Shown: piece by piece, positions 31,445 to 41,202 of the stretch | Layout: each line of letters starts with the position of its first letter | Numbering within the stretch: position 1 is the first letter of the stretch | Assembly: GCA_963801355.1 (NCBI GenBank) | Contig: CAWDEM010000008.1 | Coordinates: forward strand, 1,504,001 to 1,568,000 | Direction of reading: 5' to 3' | DNA length: 64,000 bases | Origin: Ignavibacteriota bacterium | GTDB lineage: Bacteria > Bacteroidota > Ignavibacteria > UBA10030 > UBA6906 | Translations under genes and position numbers: made by a program | The notes under the pieces: generated by a model | The model's input: only the letters and a program-made list of their open reading frames with translations | The model's database searches: none | What the model was told of the DNA's origin: nothing

Positions 31445-33563
31445 AGCTTCTCCAGACGGGAGATGTCAATGAGATACCCGCACCTGTAATCACTGCGGCC
31501 GCACCAATGTTGGCCACTGCCTGCACCCCCACCAGCGGTAACAAGAACGGACCGACGAGCAGCGCACCTATCGCCGAGCCGAGCAGGTCCGCGCCATAGA
31601 GCCGTGACCCATTGCCGACAGGATCCTGCAACCTCACCCGCGATGTGAGTGTGAAGACGGCACCCGCACAGAGCGATCCAAACGTCAGACACACCACAAG
31701 ACCCGCCACACCTATGATGAGATCCTCTGACGTCGCGGACTGCAGGAAGGCGGAGGCCAGAAGAGTAACGGCCAGGCCGCACTGCATGACCGCATACCGG
31801 CGGGAGGTCAGTTTCAGATACCCCCCGGCAAATGCACCGATTCCCATGCCCGCCATGTAGAGACCTATGAGCGCACCGCTCATCTTGTAGACATTCCCGA
31901 ACGCGACCTGTACGATCATCAGGGCAATCAGCTCGAGCGTGATGCCGCCGAAGCCGGCGACCACCACCCCGAGCGACTCCCTGTCTGTCCGGACGATGAG
32001 GAAAAGAGCAGCAAGGAATGCTAAAGCTGGGACCCAGCTCTCAACCGCAAAGAAACGGAGCCAGTACCGAATCTGCGCGAGCATCAACACGGGATGGTCG
32101 TCACTATTTACAGGGGTCACCAGTTGCAGTGAACTGTTCAACCGCCGGGCCCTGTCCGCCAGGAGATCGTCCTGAACGTAGTCCGCGTTCGCGTATGTCG
32201 TCGCCACACCAGCGTCGGCGACGGCAGCGGAGACATCCATCCGGAGCGCCGAATCGGACGCAAGATACATATCACGGCCGGCGGGGAGAATGATGACGTT
32301 CCTGAAGGATTCACTGATAGTGTTGCGCAAGGTCGCTCGCACATTCCTTGCATCCGCCCCCGCGTAATCCGCAGACGATGAGAGCGACAGGCACAGCACC
32401 CCTGCAGACGTCAGCCTGTCATGAGCCAGCTGGATCGACTCCCTCGTGTAGAACCGGTTCGATTGGAGTGTCGACGGCTCGGGCGCAACGATGATGACCG
32501 CATCATACATTCCGGCTGCTGCACGAAGGTGCCTGCGGATATCGCCCGAGAGATACTGCACCCGGTGGTCATGCGGAAGCCGGAAGTAGCGTTGCTGCAT
32601 GTCTCTCATCCACGGGTTTTCCTCGATACAGTCCACACGTGTGAGGGGATACTTCAAGACCTCCGGGATGAGGGATGATGGGTTGCCGCCGGCAATGAGC
32701 ACCCTTCCGGACCGTGGACGCTGTGCCAGTGTGAAATGCACCAACTCTTCGGCACTCTGTATGTCACCGTTATAGACCAGAGGGATATTGTTCGCGAAAA
32801 CAGTGTTCTGTCCTCCGAAGCGCGTTGTTGTCAATTCGCCGTACGGCGTCTCTTCGTGGGCGAGGATGGTGTGTCCCGGATAGCGCAGCGCAAACGTCAG
32901 CGCATTCAAGTCGAACGTGTTGTGCGCCAGACCGAGTGCAACAACACCCGCAGGAAGCAGAAGACAAAGGTACCATTCTTTTGTGCGCAGTGCGATGACC
33001 GAGCCCGCGATTCCGGAAACGGCACACAAGTACAGAAGCAGATCCTGCGATGAGAGCAAACCGAATAGCAGGACACCGAACAACGCGCCCCCTGTCAGAC
33101 TCCCGGCCGCCTCCCATGCATAGACACTCCCCGCCGGGTTCATTGTGCCCCGGGAAACCGCTGCACGAACCAACAGGGAAAATGCCGCACCGGAGAAAAG
33201 ACAGACCGGGCTGAGGACGAGTATCGCACCGACAAGGAAGATCCATATCTCCATCATGCTCCCGGGAGGAGCGATCAGCAGGGGGAGAACGCGAAACGCT
33301 ACGAGCGTGAGGGGAGGGAGGACCATGAGAGCGCACAGAACAACCGGCGGGATGAGGGTCATTCGGAGTCCGGGTGTCCATCGCCGCGCAAGCACTGCAC
33401 CGATGCCCGTAAGGGCCAGCCAGTCGAACAGCATGATGCCGATGACGAGCTCGTTCCCGAGAAATGCCGAGAGGATTTCGCGGAGCAACACAACTTGTGT
33501 TCCCGCGGTAATAGCGCCCGCCAGAACAGTTGTGACCCGGACTCCGCTAACCACCTGCTGCAT
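31431..33563 (-). CDS. Membrane protein with a central spermidine-synthase-like SAM-binding domain
   Basis: Hydrophobic N- and C-terminal helix bundles; ETPYG, EELVH, VLIAGG, NRFYT, NSDDHPVL; repeated Y..(E/D)..GS..G motifs. Confidence 0.85.
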   Translation of the reverse strand: MQQVVSGVRVTTVLAGAITAGTQVVLLREILSAFLGNELVIGIMLFDWLALTGIGAVLARRWTPGLRMTLIPPVVLCALMVLPPLTLVAFRVLPLLIAPPGSMMEIWIFLVGAILVLSPVCLFSGAAFSLLVRAAVSRGTMNPAGSVYAWEAAGSLTGGALFGVLLFGLLSSQDLLLYLCAVSGIAGSVIALRTKEWYLCLLLPAGVVALGLAHNTFDLNALTFALRYPGHTILAHEETPYGELTTTRFGGQNTVFANNIPLVYNGDIQSAEELVHFTLAQRPRSGRVLIAGGNPSSLIPEVLKYPLTRVDCIEENPWMRDMQQRYFRLPHDHRVQYLSGDIRRHLRAAAGMYDAVIIVAPEPSTLQSNRFYTRESIQLAHDRLTSAGVLCLSLSSSADYAGADARNVRATLRNTISESFRNVIILPAGRDMYLASDSALRMDVSAAVADAGVATTYANADYVQDDLLADRARRLNSSLQLVTPVNSDDHPVLMLAQIRYWLRFFAVESWVPALAFLAALFLIVRTDRESLGVVVAGFGGITLELIALMIVQVAFGNVYKMSGALIGLYMAGMGIGAFAGGYLKLTSRRYAVMQCGLAVTLLASAFLQSATSEDLIIGVAGLVVCLTFGSLCAGAVFTLTSRVRLQDPVGNGSRLYGADLLGSAIGALLVGPFLLPLVGVQAVANIGAAAVITGAGISLTSPVWRSYEKA

Positions 33564-35046
33564 GGTCGCTTTCACCGAAGACTTCCGCTTCGTATACGTA
33601 CACTTCCGCCTCTTTCCATCCCTCCCATCCGATCCCGGCCTTATCCTGTGAGCAATGCCCGAGGAACTCTTCCAGTGACCAACCGGTCTCTGTCGCCACC
33701 TGTGGCAAGAAAGTGCCCGCCCTGTTCCCTTTTCGAATATAGATGCCATGTCTCCCGAGCTCTATCTCCTGCACTGAAGCCACCTTACGCAAGGGAGACA
33801 GGACCGATATCTCGATATCCAGGCCTTTGAGTTCCTCAAATGAAACAGGTGAAAAGCGATAATCCTCTGTGGCAGCTGCAATGGCCATATTCTGGACTGT
33901 CTTCGCCAATTCCTCTGTGCCTGAGAAATTTCCGATACATCCCCGCAGGTCGCCGTGCTTCTTGAGCGTAACAAAGGCTCCGCACGGAGTCCGAAGGGCC
34001 TCGGAGAGTTGTTCGCTCTTTAACCCGGTGATTTGACGTGTTTGCAGATATTTTTCAAGGGTAGTCCGTGCGATCACGAGGAGCCGGCGACGATCCTGGC
34101 TGCTGATGTGGAATGCTTCATCTTTTTGAGCCCCGACGGCAATCGCCGCGTAACCCACGACACGGCCTTTTTCTCCTACCGGAACATCTCCGGAGTTGTT
34201 ATATTGGATCAGAGTGAATTTCTGCGATCTGTCTGTCGCAACAATATGTTGAAGTGTCAGCACACCCGCCAGGCCACACATTGACGTGACCAATTGACGA
34301 GTCCCCGCTCGGCCATTCTCTGATACGACACGGAGTAGCTTTTCCGGAGAGCCGGACAGCACTGCATCGATTGTTTTTCTATCGATGGTCACAGCCTCCT
34401 CGTACGAGGGATAGTGCGACAGGTCGGTACTGATGACGAACAGATTTTCCTTTGTGAAATATGGCTGGAGCATCCGGGCGAGTTGTTTGCACACGCCGGG
34501 ATCTTCCGTGCCGAGGAGGATCGGCACAATTGAGAAGGGTTTCTTCAGATGATATTGGAGCAGAGGCAGCTGGACTTCCAGTGAATGTTCGACGGCGTGC
34601 GCCCGGTTGTTTTCAAGAAACATCCCGCCGCCTTGAAGGAGTTTCCGTCCGATGTCGGCATTCACCGGCACGCGTCCGAGAGGAGTGAGGAAGTCCCCCG
34701 CGACATACACCGCTGCACCCTCGTATGCAGCGTTGTGGCTGACGCCGATCAGAAAGATGTTCTCGAACGTGCGCTGAGGATCGATCTGCGCTACGCCGGA
34801 AGCAGCCACCTGTCCCGAGAAGACATATCCGGCATGAGGCACAATCAGGGCCCGCACAGCGGTCTGCCCGTTTCGTGGGGCTGCGTGTGAGAAGAAGCCC
34901 GCAAGGTCTGCACGGAGCGTCGCCGCCGAAACCGGATAGAATTGCCCGGCAACCGCTGGAGCCCGGTCTTCCGCGGATGCACACGCCCCGGAGAGGACGA
35001 TAAGTGAGCAGCAAAGCACAACCAGGAGTGAGCGGGATATCCACAT
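33547..35046 (-). CDS. amrB: Fused AmmeMemoRadiSam protein B (MEMO1-like) + protein A (AMMECR1-like) with signal peptide
   Basis: RAPAVAGQFYP, PHAGYVFSG, EHSLEVQLP, STDLSHY, MCG, then GAFVTL...LRGCIG, EISVLS, TFLPQVA and KAG. Confidence 0.93.
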   Translation of the reverse strand: MWISRSLLVVLCCSLIVLSGACASAEDRAPAVAGQFYPVSAATLRADLAGFFSHAAPRNGQTAVRALIVPHAGYVFSGQVAASGVAQIDPQRTFENIFLIGVSHNAAYEGAAVYVAGDFLTPLGRVPVNADIGRKLLQGGGMFLENNRAHAVEHSLEVQLPLLQYHLKKPFSIVPILLGTEDPGVCKQLARMLQPYFTKENLFVISTDLSHYPSYEEAVTIDRKTIDAVLSGSPEKLLRVVSENGRAGTRQLVTSMCGLAGVLTLQHIVATDRSQKFTLIQYNNSGDVPVGEKGRVVGYAAIAVGAQKDEAFHISSQDRRRLLVIARTTLEKYLQTRQITGLKSEQLSEALRTPCGAFVTLKKHGDLRGCIGNFSGTEELAKTVQNMAIAAATEDYRFSPVSFEELKGLDIEISVLSPLRKVASVQEIELGRHGIYIRKGNRAGTFLPQVATETGWSLEEFLGHCSQDKAGIGWEGWKEAEVYVYEAEVFGESDHAAGG

Positions 35047-35115
35047 GGCGGGCCTCGCGAAGAATGAGTCTGCTGCAAAGTACTGCCGGACACAGTGAAA
35101 GTCAACATACATAAT

Positions 35116-35139
35116 CACCATCTACCACACCATCTACCA
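35116..35139. repeat. 12-bp perfect tandem duplication
   Basis: CACCATCTACCA x2, just before the AAAGGAG ribosome-binding site of the DUF937 gene. Confidence 0.8.
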
Positions 35140-35155
35140 CAAAGGAGCACACACC

Positions 35156-35743
35156 ATGAGCGGAATACTGGATATACTTAGCGGCGCAATTGGCAATGAT
35201 ACGGTATCGGAGATCGGCAGCCAGCTTGGCCTTGACAAAAGCACGGCGGGCAGCCTCGTCGGCACCGCACTTCCGCTGCTTGTGTCGGCGCTGGCGAAGA
35301 ACGCCTCATCACCGAAGGGGGCGGAGTCGCTGCTCAACGCCTTGAACAAAGACCACGACGGCTCGATTCTGGACAACATCGGCGGGCTTCTTGGCGGCTC
35401 GGTGAGTGCCGATGGCGCCGGAATCCTCGGCCACATTTTCGGCAACCAGCAGGAACAGATCCAGCAGGGCCTCGGTAAAACGGCGGGGGTCGACGCATCG
35501 ACAGTGGGATCGCTTCTCCAGATTCTCGCTCCGGTTGTCATGGGGGCGCTGGGCAAGCAAACAGCTCAACAGAATCTGGATGCAGGCGGCCTGGCCGGCA
35601 TGCTGCAAGGCGCAGCCAAGAGCGCAAGTCAGTCGTCGCCCGACGTGCTCGGGTCGCTTCTCGGGATGCTGGACACCAATAAGGACGGCAGCGTAGTGGA
35701 TGATGTGGTGGGGATGCTGGGGAAACTGTTCAGGAAATCCTGA
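35156..35743 (+). CDS. DUF937-family protein
   Basis: ALPLLVSAL..N, ALNKDHDGSILD, GAGILGHIFG, LAPVVMGALGK, LDTNKDGSVVDD. Confidence 0.88.
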   Translation: MSGILDILSGAIGNDTVSEIGSQLGLDKSTAGSLVGTALPLLVSALAKNASSPKGAESLLNALNKDHDGSILDNIGGLLGGSVSADGAGILGHIFGNQQEQIQQGLGKTAGVDASTVGSLLQILAPVVMGALGKQTAQQNLDAGGLAGMLQGAAKSASQSSPDVLGSLLGMLDTNKDGSVVDDVVGMLGKLFRKS

Positions 35744-35755
35744 ATCGGAAAGGGG

Positions 35756-35783
35756 TCCTGGCCCCTCGTTAAAGGGGCCAGGA
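35756..35783. terminator. Hairpin between convergent genes
   Basis: TCCTGGCCCCT-CGTTAA-AGGGGCCAGGA, an 11-bp perfect stem. Confidence 0.7.
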
Positions 35784-35793
35784 GTCTTCCTTC

Positions 35794-37035
35794 TCAAAAA
35801 TACACAATGACAGAAGCGCTGACAATCTGTGTTGTGTATTTGTCGGTATAGGTTGACGCTGGCAGAGTTGGAAAGTCATACCTCGTACCAGCCTCATACG
35901 TCGAGCGAGAATACGCCACATCAAATGCAAATGCCTGGCTGATGAATCCTGTGCCCACGGTGAACCCTGTGCCTGACACCGGGTCGGTGTACTTGCCATT
36001 GTTCTGGTCAGCCAGAAGGGTCGGCACGGTCCGGAAGCCAGCGCGGATGGGGATAATCCCCGCGCTGGTGACGATGAGGTACTCTGCTCCCACGCGCACC
36101 TGTTTCTGATCCGATTTGCTCGGGCTCATGTCCGACGTGTCCACTCCACTCCCATTCCTCGAGTAGAAAATCCTCTTGTCACCATAGAGCCGCATCTCGA
36201 AGTCTGCAGAAATCGTTAGGTTTTCCAGCAAGCGGCCCGATGCCCCGAAACCGAACATGAGGGGCATCTCTATGGTATTCGAGAACTTGCCTTTCTCATC
36301 CGGATATCCTGTCGACACGTTAAGGTAGTCGCCTTCGTACGTCAGCTCAAAAGGGGTCCTGAGTGACGCGCCAAATTTGATGGGAATAGGCCTTTTCATC
36401 CCCTCAAAATCCACAAGCAAGCCTGCCGTGAAATTGAGTCCACTGAACTTCGCATCGAAACTGGAGCTGAAATTGTAGTTGGTGCCGGCGTAGCTGCTTT
36501 TGTATTCGTATTGGTTCTTGATGTTTCCCAGCCAGATGTTCACAGCCCCTCCGACGTAGAACATCGGATGCAATTTGATGCCTATCCCCGGGGTGATGGT
36601 ATTCGCCGCGCCATCGGACTCGTACGTGAGGTAATCATTGCTGAACCGCGCGTATTCATCGAGCTGCTTCTGAAATGCCACGGCGGGGACGATGTTGACC
36701 TTCCCTGCGTGAAGGGGAAAGGCAATACTTGCGAAGTTGTAGGTGAATTGCGGCTGGGTTAACGAGTAAAGGTCGCCCGAGCTCTCGGAAGACGTCTCCT
36801 TGAAATCCTGTTGCATCCATCGCCCGACGGCGGAGAACTCGGTGCGTTCGAGCTGACCGAGTCCCGAGGGGTTCCAGGAGATCGCAGTGGCGTCATCCGC
36901 CAGCCCGATGAACGCGCCGCCGAGTCCTTCTGCGCGCGCACCTGCACCGGTGATGTTCCAGTCTTCGTACTGCGCACTTCCCACACTCACGATCGTCAGC
37001 ATGGCGATCAGAACAAGTAGAGTCCGGGTTTGCAT
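35794..37035 (-). CDS. FadL/OmpP1/PorV-like outer-membrane beta-barrel (paralog 1)
   Basis: Signal peptide, GARAEGLGGAFIGLADDATAISWNPSGL hatch motif, GAEY, C-terminal YF. Confidence 0.85.
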   Translation of the reverse strand: MQTRTLLVLIAMLTIVSVGSAQYEDWNITGAGARAEGLGGAFIGLADDATAISWNPSGLGQLERTEFSAVGRWMQQDFKETSSESSGDLYSLTQPQFTYNFASIAFPLHAGKVNIVPAVAFQKQLDEYARFSNDYLTYESDGAANTITPGIGIKLHPMFYVGGAVNIWLGNIKNQYEYKSSYAGTNYNFSSSFDAKFSGLNFTAGLLVDFEGMKRPIPIKFGASLRTPFELTYEGDYLNVSTGYPDEKGKFSNTIEMPLMFGFGASGRLLENLTISADFEMRLYGDKRIFYSRNGSGVDTSDMSPSKSDQKQVRVGAEYLIVTSAGIIPIRAGFRTVPTLLADQNNGKYTDPVSGTGFTVGTGFISQAFAFDVAYSRSTYEAGTRYDFPTLPASTYTDKYTTQIVSASVIVYF

Positions 37036-37081
37036 AGGCGCTCCTGATGGTTATGTAGACGAACGGTGAATTTCATTCTAA

Positions 37082-37175
37082 CCTGACTTAAAAGTCAGGC
37101 AAAAAAGTCAGGCATAAAAGTCAGGCAAAAAAGCCTGGCAAAAAAGTCAGACTTCAGGATCCAGACTTCAGGATC
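37082..37175. repeat. Compound short repeat array
   Basis: Five 13-bp-period units with core AAAAGTCAGGC (37090-37152), an inverted copy CCTGACTT at 37082, then CAGACTTCAGGATC x2 (37148-37175). Confidence 0.85.
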
Positions 37176-37180
37176 TTATG

Positions 37181-37994
37181 TTATTTGCCGGTCTTGTAGT
37201 ACTTCATCGCCTCCGGCAACTCATTTTTAAGATCTGCGATTCGCGTTGCGTCAGAGGGGTGCGTGCTCAAGAACTCCGGTGGTGCCGCCCCCCCCGAGGA
37301 CTGTGCCATCCTCGTCCAGAACGAGACCGCTTCATTGGGATTGTATCCGGCCATGGCCATGAATATGAGTCCCAGGTGATCGGCCTCGGATTCGTGTGTG
37401 CGGCTAAAGGGGAGAAGTACCCCCAACTGACTGCCCAGTCCGAAAGCGGTCATCCAGAGATTCTTGGTTTCTGCGGGTTTGCTGTCCAGAGCTACCTCCA
37501 GCGCCATGCCGCCCAATTGTGTGAGCAACTCCTGGCTCATGCGCTCGCCGCCATGCTCGGCAACCGCGTGCGCAATCTCATGTCCCATCACCACCGCCAA
37601 CCCGGCATCAGTTTTCGTCACAGGAAGGATGCCCGAGTAGACCACAACCTTTCCGCCCGGCATGCACCAGGCATTAACTTCTTTGCTGTCCACCAGGTTG
37701 AATTCCCATTTGTATCCTGCCAACCCATCCGAGAGTCCCTGTTGCGCAAAGTAGGTTTCGACTGCTTTCTGAATCCGTCCCCCGACGGTGCGCACCAACT
37801 GCGTTTGCTTTGCATCCGTCGAGACTTTGTTCGAGTCCAAGAACTCGCCGTACTGCTGAAAACTCATGCTGAGCATCTGGGAATGTGGAATCAGGCTCAG
37901 CTGTTTTCGGCCTGTGATGGGAACAGTGCTGCATGAGATCACGAGGAAGGTCAACGTGAGTATCCAAACGCCCAGTCCGCACGAATCGCCTCAT
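37181..37994 (-). CDS. M48 family Zn metallopeptidase lipoprotein (possible 1-nt frameshift in the signal peptide)
   Basis: CSTVPITGRKQL, NAWCMPGG, HEIAH, ESEAD, EFLSTHP. The ATG at 37994, which has an upstream GGAGG, is out of frame with the body (37954-37181) by one base. Confidence 0.85.
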
Positions 37995-38021
37995 TGCTGC
38001 AACCCTCCGTTTCTGGTCCGA

Positions 38022-38606
38022 CTACTTCTGATCCAATTTCAGCTTGTGCAACTTCGGTTTAATGACAAACACACAGTATGGTGCGTTCGGATGGTTCCGG
38101 AAGTAGTCCTGATGATAGTTCTCCGCCTCGTAGAACTTCTCGAGCGGCTTGATCTCCGTGACAATCGGATCGGTAAACATGCTCCGGGCTTTGGCCAGGG
38201 ACCGTTCGGCTGTCGCTTTCTGCTGCGGTGTATGGTAGAAGATCACGGACCGGTACTGTGTCCCCACGTCCGCGCCCTGGCGGTTCAATGTCGTGGGGTC
38301 GTGTGCCTCCCAGAAGACGCTCAGGAGACTGTCATAGCTGATTTTCGTGGGATCAAATGTAATCCGGGCGACCTCGGCATGTCCTGTGGTGCCGCTGCAG
38401 ACTTCATCGTACGTCGGATTCGCTTTTGACCCTCCGGCGTACCCCGCAACCACGGACTCAACGCCCTGCAGCCGCTCGAACACTGCTTCGATGCACCAGA
38501 AACAGCCGCCGCCGAGGGTGGCGTGTTCGCGGACTGATGATGAACCGGATATTGTGCCGTCAGGAAGATTCATCGCGAGCATCAGAGAGACGATGAATGC
38601 AGCCAT
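38022..38606 (-). CDS. msrA: Peptide-methionine (S)-S-oxide reductase
   Basis: GGGCFWCIEA, GHAEV, HDPT..NRQG.DVGTQYRS, AENYHQDY. Confidence 0.95.
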   Translation of the reverse strand: MAAFIVSLMLAMNLPDGTISGSSSVREHATLGGGCFWCIEAVFERLQGVESVVAGYAGGSKANPTYDEVCSGTTGHAEVARITFDPTKISYDSLLSVFWEAHDPTTLNRQGADVGTQYRSVIFYHTPQQKATAERSLAKARSMFTDPIVTEIKPLEKFYEAENYHQDYFRNHPNAPYCVFVIKPKLHKLKLDQK

Positions 38607-38614
38607 TCCCCCCC

Positions 38615-39820
38615 TCAGAAGTATATGATGAGTGAAGCGCTGACCATCTGAAACGTGTTGGTGTTTTCCAGGGAGCCCCCGACCAACTGCCAGGACTGTT
38701 TCCACTTGGAGCGGGAGTATGCAAAATCCAGCGCGAACGATTGACTGATGAATCCCGTGCCAACGGTGAACCCTGTGCCGGACACCTGGTCCTTGGCGTT
38801 TCCTTTTGAGTCCTGGTCGGCAAGAAGTGTCGGCACAGTTCGGAATCCTGCACGGATGGGGATGACCCCTGCGGATGTCACGATCAGATACTCAGCCCCG
38901 ACACGCACCTGATTCAGATTCTCCTTGCTGTCGCTCAAGTCGGTCGTATCGATAGGATCCCCATCAGTCGTGAAGAGAATCCGCTTGTCGCCGTACAGAC
39001 GCGATTCAAAGTCGACGGCCAGTGTGAGGTTTTCCCCGATGCGGCCCGACGCTCCGAAGCCGTACATGAGGGGCAACTCCACCTTGTTCAGGAATTTGCC
39101 CGACTTGTCGGCGGTGGTCGCCCGGTCCCACTTATAGCTCCCGTCATACTCGAGCTCGAACGGCGTCTTGATCGTCGCACCGAGCTTTATCGGGATGGGG
39201 TTCTTCAGCCCTTCAAAATCCACAAGCAGGCCGGCAGTGAAATTCAAGCCGCTGTATGATCCCTCGTTGGTGGAGGTGTTCTTCGAGGACTTGTCCAGCG
39301 AAAAGTTCTCGAAGTTCCCGAGCCAGATGTTCACGGTCCCGCCGACATAGAACATGGGATGGAGTTTGATGCCTATGCCCGGTGTCAGCGTATTCGCGCC
39401 GCCGCTGGACTCATACTCCTGATCCTCCGTGTTCGAGCGGCCGTAGGCGTCAAGCTGCTTCTGGAATCCCACCGCGGGGACAATCGTCACTCTGCCCGCA
39501 TGCAGCGGAAAGGCGATGCTCGCGAAGTTGTATGTGAAGTGCGATTGTATTTGGGTGCGGTTATATGATGGAACGGAAGGGATTTCAGTCTTGGTGTCTT
39601 CCTGTACCCATCGTCCGACAGCGGAGAACTCCGTCCGCTCGAGCTGGCCCAGGCCCGCCGGGTTCCAGGAGATTGCCGTCGCATCGTCGGCCAATCCGAT
39701 GAACGCACCGCCAAGGCCTTCTGCGCGCGCGCCGGCACCGATAATATTCCAGCCCTGCGCATTCGCCGCTGATGCCAGCATCACCAGCGCCGCAGCAACC
39801 ACCAGTATCCGGTTCCCCAT
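38615..39820 (-). CDS. FadL/OmpP1/PorV-like outer-membrane beta-barrel (paralog 2)
   Basis: Same hatch and strand motifs as 35794-37035; C-terminal YF. Confidence 0.85.
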   Translation of the reverse strand: MGNRILVVAAALVMLASAANAQGWNIIGAGARAEGLGGAFIGLADDATAISWNPAGLGQLERTEFSAVGRWVQEDTKTEIPSVPSYNRTQIQSHFTYNFASIAFPLHAGRVTIVPAVGFQKQLDAYGRSNTEDQEYESSGGANTLTPGIGIKLHPMFYVGGTVNIWLGNFENFSLDKSSKNTSTNEGSYSGLNFTAGLLVDFEGLKNPIPIKLGATIKTPFELEYDGSYKWDRATTADKSGKFLNKVELPLMYGFGASGRIGENLTLAVDFESRLYGDKRILFTTDGDPIDTTDLSDSKENLNQVRVGAEYLIVTSAGVIPIRAGFRTVPTLLADQDSKGNAKDQVSGTGFTVGTGFISQSFALDFAYSRSKWKQSWQLVGGSLENTNTFQMVSASLIIYF

Positions 39821-39853
39821 GTGAGCTCCTGATTTTTGTTCCGGACGACCTGT

Positions 39854-41047
39854 CTACTTAATGACGATCTTGTCGCCCACTTTGATGTCCTGATCTTTCT
39901 CCACAACCCGCACCTGGGAGAGTTTTTGTTGCACCTGTACTACCACCAGTTCTCCAAGCTTCGTGACATGTTTCCCGAGCACCTCTCCCGTTGTCGGGTG
40001 AAGGATGTTCTCTCCGGCCCGGAAGGCCACGCATTTCGAACCTTTGCGGATTCCCTTGAGCGAACCGGCGTCGATATAGAAGACATCCTTCTGGGCGCTG
40101 ACGATGAATCCTTCGACAATCGGCATTTCGTTATAGATCAGAATCGCGAGGTTGTCGACCGCCTTCTCGAAATCTTCCACATCGTTCCCGCTGACCGTTT
40201 CGCCTCTCGCGACGATCGTCTCACTTGTTTCCGTGTCGATCACCCGCGCGTTCACCCTGGCACCTGAGCCGTGCGGAACGACACTTGTCAGTATGATGGC
40301 GTCCGCACCCGCCACACGGCCGACCTTCACGGCCGTCTCCTCATCCACTGCACCGGAGAGTTGCAGCTCCTGCTCTTTCAACACCTTGTCCAACGCCGTC
40401 CGCTCAATCACTTTGAAGCGGCGCAGATAGACGAGTTGCGTCACCATCTTTTCGGTGAGCGCATCGCCGAAGTTGCCCAGGTCACCCTTCACTTCAATGG
40501 GCATCACCGCGATCCCCAGTCGCGAGCCGACCTGTGTAACCCGCGAAGGATCATACGTGAGCGCCCCGACAGGAAGTGTTGAGGTCTTCACGTCCATCCG
40601 GGACCGTTCGGGAGCGTCCGGCACGGCCTCCTCTTCTTCCTTCTCGGGTTTTTGAGGAGCTTCCTCCGGCACTATCGCGAGGGACGGCGGTACCTTCTTC
40701 CTCACGAACTCCAGGTATTCATTGGCGCGACCGCTCGAGACGTATGCGGTGGAGAGCTCGATCTCCTTTTTTGCGTTCGCCGTTTCACCCAGGAAATAGT
40801 AACAGATCCCCATCTCCCGGTGAGGATAATACTCAATGAAACGCGTTCCATACGTGCGCTTTCGTCCTGCGTCCTCAAACTCGAGAGAGATTGCACTCCG
40901 GAATTCCTGTATCGCACGGAGCCAGTCCCCCTTTTCCACGAATTCCAGCCCATCGGTGTAGTAGTTGTAGAATTTGGTCTGGGCTGATGTGGCAGAAGGA
41001 GCAAGCAGGATGAACAACAGAACAAGCCACAGCGGGTGTGATTTCAT
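39854..41047 (-). CDS. Exported protein: TPR-like + CsgG/FlgO-like + FlgT-C-like domains
   Basis: Signal peptide, YYPHREMGICYY, FKVIERTALDKVLKEQEL..SGAVD..TAVKVG...GAD, YIDAGS..GIRKG, IKVGDKI. Confidence 0.8.
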   Translation of the reverse strand: MKSHPLWLVLLFILLAPSATSAQTKFYNYYTDGLEFVEKGDWLRAIQEFRSAISLEFEDAGRKRTYGTRFIEYYPHREMGICYYFLGETANAKKEIELSTAYVSSGRANEYLEFVRKKVPPSLAIVPEEAPQKPEKEEEEAVPDAPERSRMDVKTSTLPVGALTYDPSRVTQVGSRLGIAVMPIEVKGDLGNFGDALTEKMVTQLVYLRRFKVIERTALDKVLKEQELQLSGAVDEETAVKVGRVAGADAIILTSVVPHGSGARVNARVIDTETSETIVARGETVSGNDVEDFEKAVDNLAILIYNEMPIVEGFIVSAQKDVFYIDAGSLKGIRKGSKCVAFRAGENILHPTTGEVLGKHVTKLGELVVVQVQQKLSQVRVVEKDQDIKVGDKIVIK

Positions 41048-41175
41048 GGTAGTCCCCGACAGGAAAGAGGATGGTAATGCGAAGATAACTCAATATTCAG
41101 TTCAATGTCAATGCCCGGGTGGCGCACAGAATCTACTATATTTTCCCTCATTCGGTGGCTGAGGGGACCGATTAT

Positions 41176-41202
41176 CAATAGTCAATAGACTATTGACTAT
41201 TG
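41176..41202. repeat. Perfect 13-1-13 palindrome built from heptad repeats
   Basis: CAATAGTCAATAG-A-CTATTGACTATTG. Confidence 0.85.

Noticed and set aside
37082-37175. CRISPR array (also considered for 55490-55613)
   Set aside because: Units are contiguous with no unique spacers, and there are no cas genes in the window.
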